This document shows positions 46,387 to 56,702 of a DNA stretch of 64,000 nt, one piece after another. The position numbers were made by a program, and so were the translations under genes. The first letter of the stretch is position 1. The number at the start of each line of letters is the position of its first letter. Source of the DNA: an uncultured Lentimicrobiaceae bacterium (GTDB lineage Bacteria > Bacteroidota > Bacteroidia > Bacteroidales > F082); assembly GCA_964492695.1 (NCBI GenBank), contig CAZBMR010000004.1, forward strand, positions 2,414-66,413. The letters run 5' to 3'. The notes beneath the pieces were generated by a model. It searched no databases and was not told where the DNA came from. It saw only the letters and a program-made list of their open reading frames with translations.

Positions 46387-47268
46387 TTATTGGTTAAACA
46401 AAGTCAATTCCTCTTTAATTTGAGCAAAGAGCGATGTGCTGACGGCAGTTAGCGGAAGACGCACCACATTTTGACACAGACCCATCAGGCTCATCATGGC
46501 TTTCACGCCTGCAGGATTTCCCTCGGCAAATAGCAGGGTAAAAAGCTTTAACATTCTGTATTGCAGCATCTTTGCGTTTTCAATATCAGCTTGCATGGTC
46601 GAGCGAACCATATCGGAAAAAGCACGTGTAAATGCATTAGCGGCCACCGAGATCACGCCTTCGGCGCCAACAGCAATGAGCGGCATGGTGATGCTATCGT
46701 CGCCAGAAATCACATGAAAATGTTTTGGTTTTTCAGCAATAATCTGCATGATTTGATTGATATCGCCCGATGCTTCTTTCACCGCAACAATGTTTTCGTG
46801 GCGATGCGCCAGTTTAAGTGTGGTTTCGGCTTTCAGATTTACAGAAGTGCGTCCCGGCACATTGTATAAAATGACTGGCAACTTGCTGGCTTGTGCAATG
46901 GCATCGAAATGGGCCATCAAACCATCCTGACCAGGTTTATTGTAATAAGGTGTCACTGAAAGAATGCCCGAAATGCCATCAAAACTTTCTGATTTCAGTT
47001 GCCTGACCACCTCGCCGGTATGATTTCCTCCAACACCTTTCACAACAGGCACACGACCATTCGCAGCTTTAAGGATCGTTTCGACCACTTTGTGTTTTTC
47101 GCTTTGATCCAAAACCGGAGCTTCACTCGTTGTACCGAGCGCAACGATGTATTCTACACCTCCCCTGATAACATGATCAACGATTTTCTCAAGAGATTTA
47201 TAATCAACCGTATAGTCCGTGCTAAAGGGAGTGATCAGGGCTACGCCTGTGCCGGTAAAAGGTTTCAT
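46387..47268 (-). CDS. dapA: 4-hydroxy-tetrahydrodipicolinate synthase
   Basis: ALGTTSEAP, YNVPGRT and the Schiff-base lysine context VAVKEASGD. Confidence 0.93.
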   Translation of the reverse strand: MKPFTGTGVALITPFSTDYTVDYKSLEKIVDHVIRGGVEYIVALGTTSEAPVLDQSEKHKVVETILKAANGRVPVVKGVGGNHTGEVVRQLKSESFDGISGILSVTPYYNKPGQDGLMAHFDAIAQASKLPVILYNVPGRTSVNLKAETTLKLAHRHENIVAVKEASGDINQIMQIIAEKPKHFHVISGDDSITMPLIAVGAEGVISVAANAFTRAFSDMVRSTMQADIENAKMLQYRMLKLFTLLFAEGNPAGVKAMMSLMGLCQNVVRLPLTAVSTSLFAQIKEELTLFNQ

Positions 47269-47307
47269 AGTGGAAATATTCGTCTAAAAATTTGCGGATT
47301 TATCGTA

Positions 47308-47832
47308 TCAAGGTTTTCCTGCCAGGGCATCGAGGTACATCTGACATTGCAACATGTAGTCTTTAAAGTCGGGTGTCTCGCGGGCATAAATAGAAACAGG
47401 ATAAAGTGCCTTGCAATTTCCAACGGGCGATCCTATTTTGATGCCTGCCCTAATCACACCAGAAAGGGCATGCAGGTAGAGCTGATTGTGTTCATCAGCA
47501 TTGATCAGCAGATCGAACGTATTGTTTCTGAGCAGATTTTGAAGCGCCGGGAGCGGTTTTCCCCAAAAAGTGAAACTTCTTTTCGAAACCTTGAGAACTC
47601 CATTATGGAATTGATGCTCCATCTTTTTCTCATTCGTAAACTGCACAAATGCAAGCAGTTTAAGGTGCACAAAATGCTGCCTGGCCCACTGATATCGCCG
47701 GATGGTTTCCGTGTTGTCGGAACTAACCAGCACGATCAGTGACTGAACATCGCTGAATGCTTTGAGCTGCGTTTGGGCATTGTTTGCAGCAAACTGGCAA
47801 ATGGTGCGGTTTAAAAAATAGGGCAAAGCCAT
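47308..47832 (-). CDS. Conserved hypothetical protein, co-transcribed with dapA
   Basis: 174-aa ORF 39 nt upstream of dapA on the same strand. No motif recognised. Confidence 0.6.
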   Translation of the reverse strand: MALPYFLNRTICQFAANNAQTQLKAFSDVQSLIVLVSSDNTETIRRYQWARQHFVHLKLLAFVQFTNEKKMEHQFHNGVLKVSKRSFTFWGKPLPALQNLLRNNTFDLLINADEHNQLYLHALSGVIRAGIKIGSPVGNCKALYPVSIYARETPDFKDYMLQCQMYLDALAGKP

Positions 47833-47961
47833 GGCGAAACACTTTATTGCACTTTGAGGCCGTAAAATTAGTGGTTTTAACGATCAAGAGCGTACTAAAT
47901 TATCGATACTTGCCATTTTCGCAAAAATATAGCTGCCGGCTTTGTGCATCATATGGAATGA

Positions 47962-48762
47962 ATGTTCAAATGCTTTACTTTGCAGTCAAATTCGCAACTT
48001 TTGAAAATAACAGTTTTAGGCAGCGGAACCTCACAAGGCGTTCCGGTAATTGCTTGTCCGTGTGATGTTTGCAGCTCAGGCGACAGGCGAGATAAACGGC
48101 TTCGCTCTTCGATTTTGGTGGAGACCGGAAACACCACAGTGGTGGTGGATGCCGGCCCGGATTTCAGGCAACAAATGTTAAGGGCAGGCGTAAAGCATGT
48201 GGATGCCATTTTAATAACCCATACACACAAAGACCACATTGCCGGCCTCGACGATGTACGCTCATTCAACTACCTGAGTGGCAAGGCTATGACAATTTAT
48301 GCCTGTCAGCGTGATCAGGATGAGCTTCGGCAGGAATTCAGGTATGCCTTTTCCGAGAATCCTTATCCGGGTGTTCCGGAGTTTGACTTGCGCGACCTTA
48401 GCACCCATGACTTCATGGTGGGTGACATTCATATTCAGCCAGTGGAGCTTATACACATGAAACTGAAGGTTTTTGGCTTCCGCTTCGGAGATTTCGCTTA
48501 TCTTACAGATGTAAATTTCGTGCCTGCCGAGAGCATGAACAAGCTAAGGGGCATTCAAACCCTGATGATTGACGCGCTGCGTAAACAGCCACACCCGTCC
48601 CACTTCAACCTCAATCAAGCCATCGACATCAGCAGGCAACTCAATGCCCCTGCAACCTGGTTTACACATATCAGCCACCTGATGGGAAAGCATGCGCAAG
48701 TAGAGCGCGAATTGCCCGACGGGATGCACCTGGCCTACGACGGTTTACAGCTAAACATCTGA
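47962..48762 (+). CDS. MBL-fold metallo-hydrolase (PhnP-like)
   Basis: HTHKDH (HxHxDH) motif and an N-terminal KITVLGSGTSQGVP. An alternative in-frame TTG start is at 48001. Confidence 0.8.
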   Translation: MFKCFTLQSNSQLLKITVLGSGTSQGVPVIACPCDVCSSGDRRDKRLRSSILVETGNTTVVVDAGPDFRQQMLRAGVKHVDAILITHTHKDHIAGLDDVRSFNYLSGKAMTIYACQRDQDELRQEFRYAFSENPYPGVPEFDLRDLSTHDFMVGDIHIQPVELIHMKLKVFGFRFGDFAYLTDVNFVPAESMNKLRGIQTLMIDALRKQPHPSHFNLNQAIDISRQLNAPATWFTHISHLMGKHAQVERELPDGMHLAYDGLQLNI

Positions 48763-48984
48763 TTGCTTCTGAGTTGGATCTTTGCTGTTCTGGCCCAACT
48801 CCTGCAGCACCTTGTTCACCTCCAACTCGGTTGACACAAGTTTCTCCTTGCAAATTTTGATAAGTTCCGAAGCTGTTTGCACCTTCTGCGCAAGCAGGTC
48901 AACACTAATCTCTCCATTCTCCAATTCGTTCACCAATAGTTGTAGCTGCTCAAAAGCTTCAGAATAAGTAAGTTTTGCTTCCAT
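48751..48984 (-). CDS. xseB: Exodeoxyribonuclease VII small subunit
   Basis: 77-aa helical protein (YSEAFEQLQLLVNELENGEISVD) immediately downstream of xseA. Confidence 0.85.
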   Translation of the reverse strand: MEAKLTYSEAFEQLQLLVNELENGEISVDLLAQKVQTASELIKICKEKLVSTELEVNKVLQELGQNSKDPTQKQSDV

Positions 48985-48995
48985 ATCGTCTCTTT

Positions 48996-50387
48996 TTATT
49001 CAATATTTTGATTGTTTACTACTGATTCAACCACCCCATCAAATAACTGTGTCTGTAGCACATCGCCTGCCCTCACAGCAGTAGCCGATGTGAGCAGTTT
49101 GCCATTGTGCATGGTGATGCTGAAGCCCCTTTTCAGAAGTTTTTCTGGGCGCATGAGCTCAGCCAAACGCTCAAGGTTTTCAACGGCAGTTCTTTGAGTT
49201 TGAATCACCTCAGCGGAGGCGTGTTGAATGAGGTGCTGTGTCAATGCAAGCTTCAGGCTGGCATCATTCACCGCACCCACCACGCCTGCGCGAAACGAAT
49301 CTTCCACTTGTTGAATCCGGTTTGCAGCTTGATGCACATTGGCATGCGCCAGCAAGCGCATCACAGCAGCCATATCACCAAGACGGTTTTGTTGCAGGGC
49401 AACGGCACCTGAAACAGCTTTCGAAAGCTTGAGACTCATCATGTGAAGCATTTGCCGTTCGCGGTTCAACAAGGCACTTTGCCCCCCGATGATGTCAACA
49501 GTGCGCATCAGTTGTGCTTCATATTGTTGAAAATAGCCAAGCAGGGTATTTGCAAGATTTGTTGGGGTGATCGACTGGGTGTGCGCAACCATTTCCGAAA
49601 CGGTGGTATTGGTTGCATGGCCGATGCCTGTGAAAACCGGAAGGGGAAACAGGCAAATGGCCTTTGCCAGTGAATAATCATTGAAAGCAGCCAGACCAAC
49701 CTCGCCACCTCCACCCCTGATGATGGCAACCACATCAAAATGATGTGCCACGTTTTGAATTCTTTGCAGCTGATAAACAATTTGTTGCGCAGCCTTCTCT
49801 CCCTGAAGCAGCGAAGGAAACAACATATATTCTATCTTATAATTTCCAGCAGCACCACTCAACACCTGCTCAAAATCAACAAATCCCTTGCTTGTCGAAA
49901 CCGAAATCACCGCAACGCGCTTGGGAAGCATGGGCATCCTGACCCTTTTGTTTTTGTCATAGATACCCTCTGCTTTGAGTTTTTGGATGTTTTCAAGTTT
50001 TTCACGTTCCAGCTCCCCCATTAAATACACGGGATCAATATCCAGAATCTGCAAGCTCAAACCATAATTGGCGTCAAACAGCACCGCTGCCCTGAACAAA
50101 AGCTGAATACCATCGTGCAAAGGTTCGCCAGTCAATTGCCTGAAAAGGGCGTTGAGTCTCATAAAATCGCCAGCCCACAAAACGGCCCTCATTTGTGCAA
50201 TCACCTTTCCGTCAGCCTTTTGAACGAGATCGGGATAGCAATGGCCGGAATGCTGATAAAGATTGAGTTTGTTCATCTCAGCCTTCACCCAGAAAGAAGT
50301 GGAATAGCGATTTTTCAATGTGCGACCAATGCTGTCGGCAACCTCCTTCAAACTAAACACTTGTCTGTCGCGAATCACATCCGGCAT
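48996..50387 (-). CDS. xseA: Exodeoxyribonuclease VII large subunit
   Basis: N-terminal OB-fold region (VFSLKEVADSIGRTLKNRY...FWVKAE) and the catalytic region IIRGGGG. The start at MPDVIRD (50387) is preferred over 50459. Confidence 0.88.
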   Translation of the reverse strand: MPDVIRDRQVFSLKEVADSIGRTLKNRYSTSFWVKAEMNKLNLYQHSGHCYPDLVQKADGKVIAQMRAVLWAGDFMRLNALFRQLTGEPLHDGIQLLFRAAVLFDANYGLSLQILDIDPVYLMGELEREKLENIQKLKAEGIYDKNKRVRMPMLPKRVAVISVSTSKGFVDFEQVLSGAAGNYKIEYMLFPSLLQGEKAAQQIVYQLQRIQNVAHHFDVVAIIRGGGGEVGLAAFNDYSLAKAICLFPLPVFTGIGHATNTTVSEMVAHTQSITPTNLANTLLGYFQQYEAQLMRTVDIIGGQSALLNRERQMLHMMSLKLSKAVSGAVALQQNRLGDMAAVMRLLAHANVHQAANRIQQVEDSFRAGVVGAVNDASLKLALTQHLIQHASAEVIQTQRTAVENLERLAELMRPEKLLKRGFSITMHNGKLLTSATAVRAGDVLQTQLFDGVVESVVNNQNIE

Positions 50388-50492
50388 GCCAATCAAATTT
50401 ATCCGGCTAAGATACACAATGGCGTAAAAAGTAATGAGAGGGCACAAAACGAAAACCAAAAATATCTATCTTGCACAATCAAAGCTCCTCAC

Positions 50493-52433
50493 ATGAATAT
50501 CTTATTGATAAGCAGCAACCATGCGTTTACAGCGCAGTTTCAACCGCTTACCACGCTTCAGGATTTTCGGTTTGAAACCATCAACTCAGAAGTGGAAGGC
50601 GAGGTGATTCATTTGCTTTCAAGCAAAAACTTTGGTGCAGCCATCATCGACTTCACCTGTCAGCGAATCAGTTCGGTGATGGAACTCTTTGTTGGCAGGT
50701 TTCCGCATCTTCCTTTGATTGGCGCAGGCTTTGCACAGCAGGAACAGGACATGCTTGCGGCCATGGATTCCGGCCTTTGGGACTATCTGCTGCTCGACGG
50801 ATTCAGCGCCAGCCTCGTCTATAAAACAGTGATGTCGAACCACAAAAGGATTGGCCTGATGAACCGCATCAGGTTGCTTGACAAAGAGATCAGCGAAGCC
50901 AGGGAATACAGCAACAGGCTTCTGGCCCGGATGAGTCACGAAATCCGTACACCCATGAACGCGGTAATTGGGATGGCTGAAATGCTCTACGACACAGAGT
51001 TGAACAGCAAACAGCGCTACTATATCGAAACAATCCACGAAAGCGGGACATTGCTGGTGGCGCTCTTTAACGATCTGTTGGACTACAGCAAGATAGAATC
51101 CGGAACGATCCGTATTCATGACAAACCCTTCAACCTGCGCGAAAGCATGCGCGAAAGCATTGTCAGCGTGATGGAATCAGCCCTCGAGAAACGCCTTGAG
51201 TTGCTTTACTATTTCGATCCCATGTTGCCCGATTTGTTTCATGGCGATGACCTTCGTCTGCGTCAGGTGGTGATGCACCTGCTCGAAAACGCCATAAAAT
51301 TTACAAGCCATGGCTCGGTCAGGCTCGACGTTTCCAGTTGTAAAGGAGCTCACAACCAATGGCTTTGCCTCAAAGTGACGGATACCGGCGAAGGAATGCG
51401 CAGCGAGCAAATACCTTCGCTTTTCAAACCCTACGTGCAAGCATCGGTCGACAGCTCCACCAAACGCGGTGTAGGGCTGGGACTTACCATCTGCGACCAC
51501 CTCGTTAAACGAATGAAAGGCTACATCGAGGTTCATTCAGAATCAGGAAAAGGTTCAACTTTCATCATCCGCATCCCCTACCACCCCGTGGAAAGTAGCC
51601 ATGGTCTTAAACCCATCGCAGCGCTTCAAGGCAAAAAGGTGCTTTATCTCACCTCCGATGATGCACTCGATGAACTCATCAAGGCTTATCTGTCATTCAA
51701 TGATATCATATTAGAAATTAAGCATATAGATCAGGAGTATCCCTCATTTTCGGATTGGCTGCCACACCATGACCTGTTGATTACCCATTTGCGCACCAAT
51801 GTGAAAATCGACCTGCGTTTGATAGATGCCGTGCGCGAACGCAAGACCATTCCACATATTCTGATCAAAGACCGTGAAAAAATCAACGACAAGCCGATTG
51901 TTATCCGAAAAGACACTGTTATTATCCTTAAGCCATTGGATTACACTGAGTTGTTTGATGCAATGGAGGCAGCTTTACAAGGAAAGGCTGACGACCTGAA
52001 TGCCATCGAAAGACAGTTGCCACTGGATGAACACATGGGTGAATATCACCCGCTCGATATCCTTGTGGCCGAAGACAATGCCATCAACCAGCGCATCATC
52101 ATGAGTGTGCTCAACCGTTACGGCTATCAGGTGAAACTGGTTGAAAACGGCAAGGAAGCCATCGAATCGCTCGAACGCAGGGTGTATGATGTGGTTTTGA
52201 TGGACATTCAGATGCCCGTGATGGATGGAATCACCGCTACCAAACTCATTCGCGAGCGGTTCAATCCCAAGCGCCAGCCCTTCATCGTTGCACTCACTGC
52301 CGATGCCTTGCAGCAGAGCAAAAGTGAATATTTGGATCAAGGTGTTGATGGCTTATTATACAAACCAGTGCAAACCAAAGCATTAATGCAATTACTCTCG
52401 GGCTGCAGACGGCTCGAGCGCAGCAAATGGTAG
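50493..52433 (+). CDS. Cytoplasmic hybrid histidine kinase: N-terminal pseudo-receiver, HisKA, HATPase, linker domain and REC
   Basis: H-box SHEIRTPMNAVIGMAE, G-box KRGVGLGLTI and the C-terminal receiver VLMDIQMPVMDG. No TM segment. The ATG at 50493 avoids an overlap with xseA. Confidence 0.88.
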   Translation: MNILLISSNHAFTAQFQPLTTLQDFRFETINSEVEGEVIHLLSSKNFGAAIIDFTCQRISSVMELFVGRFPHLPLIGAGFAQQEQDMLAAMDSGLWDYLLLDGFSASLVYKTVMSNHKRIGLMNRIRLLDKEISEAREYSNRLLARMSHEIRTPMNAVIGMAEMLYDTELNSKQRYYIETIHESGTLLVALFNDLLDYSKIESGTIRIHDKPFNLRESMRESIVSVMESALEKRLELLYYFDPMLPDLFHGDDLRLRQVVMHLLENAIKFTSHGSVRLDVSSCKGAHNQWLCLKVTDTGEGMRSEQIPSLFKPYVQASVDSSTKRGVGLGLTICDHLVKRMKGYIEVHSESGKGSTFIIRIPYHPVESSHGLKPIAALQGKKVLYLTSDDALDELIKAYLSFNDIILEIKHIDQEYPSFSDWLPHHDLLITHLRTNVKIDLRLIDAVRERKTIPHILIKDREKINDKPIVIRKDTVIILKPLDYTELFDAMEAALQGKADDLNAIERQLPLDEHMGEYHPLDILVAEDNAINQRIIMSVLNRYGYQVKLVENGKEAIESLERRVYDVVLMDIQMPVMDGITATKLIRERFNPKRQPFIVALTADALQQSKSEYLDQGVDGLLYKPVQTKALMQLLSGCRRLERSKW

Positions 52434-52556
52434 TTTATGATTGATCTAAAATCGACCTATATCAAACAAGCCTTAACACTGGCAACGCGTCACAAATGCG
52501 ACACTCAGCTCAAGCTTTTTTTTTCGTTTCTTTGTAGGCTCAATCCGTAAGCCCCT

Positions 52557-54089
52557 ATGACGCAAGAATCCATCCTGATACTTGACTTCGGATCGCAATA
52601 TACGCAGCTGATTGCCAGGCGTATTCGTGAACTCAATGTGTATTGCGAAATTCATCCGTTCAATCACGTTCCTCCTATCGACAACCACATACGGGGTGTA
52701 ATCCTGTCGGGAAGCCCTTATTCCGTTCGTGACGGGCTTTTGGCTGCACCAGATTTAACCGGCATCAGAGGCAGAATACCCTTGCTCGGCGTTTGCTATG
52801 GTGCCCAAATGCTTGCATGGGAAAATGGCGGGAATGTTGAGCCTTCGGCCATCCGTGAGTATGGACGCGCCAACTTGCAGTTTATTCACGAATCATGCCC
52901 ATTGGTGCAATCCATGAGTATTGGCTCCCAGGTGTGGATGTCGCATGGCGACACCATTCTTGCGCTCCCTGAGGATTTTGAAGTGATTGCCAGCACACAC
53001 GATGTGGCCGTTGGTGGTTTTCAGATCAAAAACGAGCCGACCTATGGCATTCAGTTTCACCCTGAAGTTTATCACTCCACCGAAGGCAAAACACTGCTTA
53101 AAAACTTTGTCGTGAATATTTGTGGCTGCCATCAGGAGTGGACACCCGATTCTTTTATCGAAACCACTGTGGCTGAGCTTCGCATGAAATTGGGCAACGA
53201 CAAGGTAGTGCTTGGTCTGAGCGGCGGCGTAGATTCATCTGTGGCAGCCATGCTGCTTCACAAAGCCATAGGTAAGAATCTTTACTGCATTTTTGTTGAC
53301 AACGGCCTGTTGCGCAAAAACGAGTTTGAGAAAGTGATCCATTCCTATCTCGACCTGGGGCTCAACGTGAAAGGCGTGGACAGCCGGCAACGATTTCTGG
53401 ATGCCCTCCGCGGTGTGAGCGAACCCGAACAAAAACGGAAAATCATCGGCGGGACTTTCATCGAAGTGTTTGACGAAGAAGCGCATCACATTGAAGATGT
53501 GAAATGGTTAGCACAGGGAACCATTTATCCTGATGTCATTGAATCGGTATCTGTGAAAGGTCCTTCGGCCACCATCAAATCGCACCACAACGTGGGCGGC
53601 TTGCCAGATTATATGAAATTACGCATTGTGGAACCGCTCAACACGCTCTTTAAAGACGAAGTGCGCATTATCGGCCGCACACTGGGCCTGCCCTCGTTCA
53701 TAATCGACAGGCATCCCTTCCCAGGCCCGGGACTGGGCATTCGGATCCTGGGAGAGATCACAGCTGAAAAAGTGCGAATTCTGCAGGATGTTGACGACAT
53801 TTATATCGAAGGATTGCATCAGGCAGGCCTTTACGACCAGGTGTGGCAGGCCGGCGCCATTTTGTTGCCCATTCAGTCTGTTGGCGTGATGGGTGACGAG
53901 CGCACGTACGAAAATGTGGTAGCACTGCGGGCTGTCAACTCCACAGATGGGATGACAGCAGACTGGTCGCAACTGCCGTATGCATTTCTTGCAAAGGTAT
54001 CAAACGACATCATTAATCGTGTGAAAGGCGTTAACAGGGTTGTTTATGACATCAGCTCAAAACCGCCTGCAACCATCGAATGGGAATAG
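52557..54089 (+). CDS. guaA: GMP synthase (glutamine-hydrolysing)
   Basis: GATase nucleophile context GVCYGAQ, PP-loop SGGVDSSV and the C-terminal PPATIEWE. Confidence 0.95.
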   Translation: MTQESILILDFGSQYTQLIARRIRELNVYCEIHPFNHVPPIDNHIRGVILSGSPYSVRDGLLAAPDLTGIRGRIPLLGVCYGAQMLAWENGGNVEPSAIREYGRANLQFIHESCPLVQSMSIGSQVWMSHGDTILALPEDFEVIASTHDVAVGGFQIKNEPTYGIQFHPEVYHSTEGKTLLKNFVVNICGCHQEWTPDSFIETTVAELRMKLGNDKVVLGLSGGVDSSVAAMLLHKAIGKNLYCIFVDNGLLRKNEFEKVIHSYLDLGLNVKGVDSRQRFLDALRGVSEPEQKRKIIGGTFIEVFDEEAHHIEDVKWLAQGTIYPDVIESVSVKGPSATIKSHHNVGGLPDYMKLRIVEPLNTLFKDEVRIIGRTLGLPSFIIDRHPFPGPGLGIRILGEITAEKVRILQDVDDIYIEGLHQAGLYDQVWQAGAILLPIQSVGVMGDERTYENVVALRAVNSTDGMTADWSQLPYAFLAKVSNDIINRVKGVNRVVYDISSKPPATIEWE

Positions 54090-54113
54090 CATTTCAATTT
54101 AAAACCTGATTGC

Positions 54114-56702
54114 ATGAATTTGCAGAAGCTTTTTTGCGTTAAAATCATGGTCCTGTGCTTGCTGTTGCTGGTACCAACAGTCCATGGGATGGCTCAAACC
54201 GAAGTAGCTATTTCTCAGACCATCGACAGCTACAACGGGAAAAGCTATTACCTGCACAAAGTGGGTGCACAGCAAACGCTCTACAGCATCGCCAAAGCTT
54301 ATGGAATCACCGTGGAAGGTCTCCTCATGGAGAATCCGGATGCCCGCAGGGGTTTGCGAACAAATCAGGTATTGCGCATCCCAACGGCCAAAACAGCGAG
54401 TGCCGAGAAACTTTCGCCCCCGCCCTCTTCCCACAAACAGCCTGAAGGTGAAGATTATGAATATGTCTATCATGTTGCCGGACGTTCAGAAAACTTCAAA
54501 TACCTGGCCGAAGTTTACCTCATTCGCGAAACACTCATCCGTGAAGCAAATCCCGGCGTCAAAGAACCTTTCACCGAAGGCGACTATCTCCTGATTCCCA
54601 TTTCGAAGAAGGAGAAAACAACCTATGAACCCGAAGGAAGATACCGTAGATCCACCTATGATCCCTACACCACAACCACTTCAACCACCTCCGGAACAGT
54701 TACAAAACGCAGTTTGCCGGCCGAAAAAAAAGTGGAAACAGTGTCACCTTTCGATTCGCCACTGCAGCCGGTGAGCCCACCTTCTCAGAAATCTTCTGTC
54801 GAACCAAGGCCTGAAGCAGCGTCGCATCCCGAAACCCCTGCTCTTTCAGACGTGCACATCGTCAAACCCGGCGAAACCATCTATAGCATTGCCAAAGCAA
54901 ACAGCATCAACCAGGAAGCTTTGCTGGCCGCCAATCCGGGAATAGGCCAGAACCTGCGAACAGGCCAGGTTATCAGGCTACCTGAAACAAAGACGCTGAC
55001 TGCCGAAACAACACCAACCGACACTCTTACCCAACATATTGTTAAAAAAGGTGAGACCATCTACAGGATTTCGCGCGAGTATGGCGTAAGCATTGCCGAC
55101 CTGAAAAAGGCAAACCCGATGCTAAGCGAAACCATTGCCGTAGGCCAAAAAATTTTCATCCCTAAAAAAAAAATAACTGACAACTACCTGATTCATCAGG
55201 TAGCAGAACGAAAAAAAGCCAGCAGCCTTGCTGCTGATTATGGCTTGACGCATCAAGAGCTTCAGAAAGCGAATCCATCCATGGGAAAAGAAGTTTTTCC
55301 CAATCAAAGTATTAAAATCCCGATTGAGCGTCACACCGGTCTACAACCCTTACAGCCCGAGCCGGAAGCTGCACACACCAGCCAAACGGTAGCAACCATC
55401 GAAAGCAACATGGTCGCAGAACAGGAAACAGATTCAATCAACTGTGAGGCCGATCCGAAAAACGCATCAAGGGATTATCGCATTGCACTGCTTTTGCCAC
55501 TCTATCTGGAAAAGGTTGAAACCTTAGCACAGCAAACACCTGACGACAACAATAACACCCCCTTGCGATTTCTGACATTTTACAAGGGATTCATGATGGC
55601 AGTCGATTCGATGACAAGAATGGAGCAGCTCAAAACCACCATAAAAGTGTACGACGTGGATCAATCGCCCGAAAAGACCGATCGCTGCCTGAAAGACCCA
55701 TGGCTCGAAACAGCCGACCTGATCGTTGGCCCCTTTCATAGCCAGCCGTTCACAAGACTGGCTGAATATGCACGCGACCGGCACATTATGATCGTAAATC
55801 CGATGTCGCAAAGGAAAGAAATACTCGATCAAAATCCTTATGTGGTCAAGATCAAACCCAAACCTTCAGCACAATTGCAACAACTCGCCAGCATCATTGG
55901 CCAGAGATATCCCAATGCCAAAATTTTCATCTATCATTCGCACCTGACCAAATTTGCTGAAGACGCTAAAACATTGCAATCGCTGCTGCAAAACACACTC
56001 CCACAGGAGGTTTCCATCAGCAATGGGGAACTATCACGGCGACTGCGCCGAAACAGCGACCTGTCCTTCCAGGTAAACACCGAAGGCAAATGGTTAGATT
56101 TAAGCTACTTACAATTAAACGAGGGAGAAAGTACAAGCTTCTCAAACGACATCATCCTGCGCTCCTACGATCAGGATAGCCTGAGAACGTTTCGAAAAAA
56201 TGGTTCGATGGCACGAGACAACATTGTCATTGCATTTGGCGATGACCGGGTTTTTGCCATGGAGTTCATGAACAAGCTCAACCAAATGGCAGAAAACATG
56301 CCCGTCAAATTTATTGGATTGCCCGACTGGACCGACTTTGATAACCTTTTCAACGAAATTCTCCAACGACTCGACACGCATTTTTCGAACGATGGCTTTA
56401 TCGCTTATGACCAACCAGAAATCAGGGATTTCGTCGCACGATACAGACAGATGTGGCAAACCGAACCCGACAATTATGCCTTCTCCGGCTTCGACATTGC
56501 TGCTTATTTCCTCCAATACCTCCAAAAGGTAGGTGCCGGAAAACCACAATGCCTGCCTGCATACCCGGCATCATTGCTTCACACCCATTTTCATTTTCAA
56601 ACGCCGGAAAAAGATTCAGGCACAGAAAATACCTATTGGGACTTCTACCGCTTTGAAAACTACACAACAACCCCACTACGCAATTCTTACTTTTATCCAT
56701 GA
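54114..56702 (+). CDS. Secreted 4xLysM protein fused to a type-1 periplasmic-binding-protein-like domain
   Basis: Signal peptide and four LysM units (for example HIVKPGETIYSIAKANSINQEALLAANP). The C-terminal ~430 aa resembles Leu/Ile/Val-type binding proteins. Confidence 0.8.
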   Translation: MNLQKLFCVKIMVLCLLLLVPTVHGMAQTEVAISQTIDSYNGKSYYLHKVGAQQTLYSIAKAYGITVEGLLMENPDARRGLRTNQVLRIPTAKTASAEKLSPPPSSHKQPEGEDYEYVYHVAGRSENFKYLAEVYLIRETLIREANPGVKEPFTEGDYLLIPISKKEKTTYEPEGRYRRSTYDPYTTTTSTTSGTVTKRSLPAEKKVETVSPFDSPLQPVSPPSQKSSVEPRPEAASHPETPALSDVHIVKPGETIYSIAKANSINQEALLAANPGIGQNLRTGQVIRLPETKTLTAETTPTDTLTQHIVKKGETIYRISREYGVSIADLKKANPMLSETIAVGQKIFIPKKKITDNYLIHQVAERKKASSLAADYGLTHQELQKANPSMGKEVFPNQSIKIPIERHTGLQPLQPEPEAAHTSQTVATIESNMVAEQETDSINCEADPKNASRDYRIALLLPLYLEKVETLAQQTPDDNNNTPLRFLTFYKGFMMAVDSMTRMEQLKTTIKVYDVDQSPEKTDRCLKDPWLETADLIVGPFHSQPFTRLAEYARDRHIMIVNPMSQRKEILDQNPYVVKIKPKPSAQLQQLASIIGQRYPNAKIFIYHSHLTKFAEDAKTLQSLLQNTLPQEVSISNGELSRRLRRNSDLSFQVNTEGKWLDLSYLQLNEGESTSFSNDIILRSYDQDSLRTFRKNGSMARDNIVIAFGDDRVFAMEFMNKLNQMAENMPVKFIGLPDWTDFDNLFNEILQRLDTHFSNDGFIAYDQPEIRDFVARYRQMWQTEPDNYAFSGFDIAAYFLQYLQKVGAGKPQCLPAYPASLLHTHFHFQTPEKDSGTENTYWDFYRFENYTTTPLRNSYFYP

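Noticed and set aside
45336-46397. 353-aa ORF on the + strand
   Set aside because: It lies entirely antisense to the well-supported M14 peptidase gene and runs into dapA. The composition is H/R/I-rich with no motifs, so it looks like a shadow ORF.
46999-47742. 247-aa ORF on the + strand
   Set aside because: It is antisense and spans the dapA 5' region and the upstream hypothetical gene. No motifs; a real gene is unlikely to bridge two opposite-strand genes.
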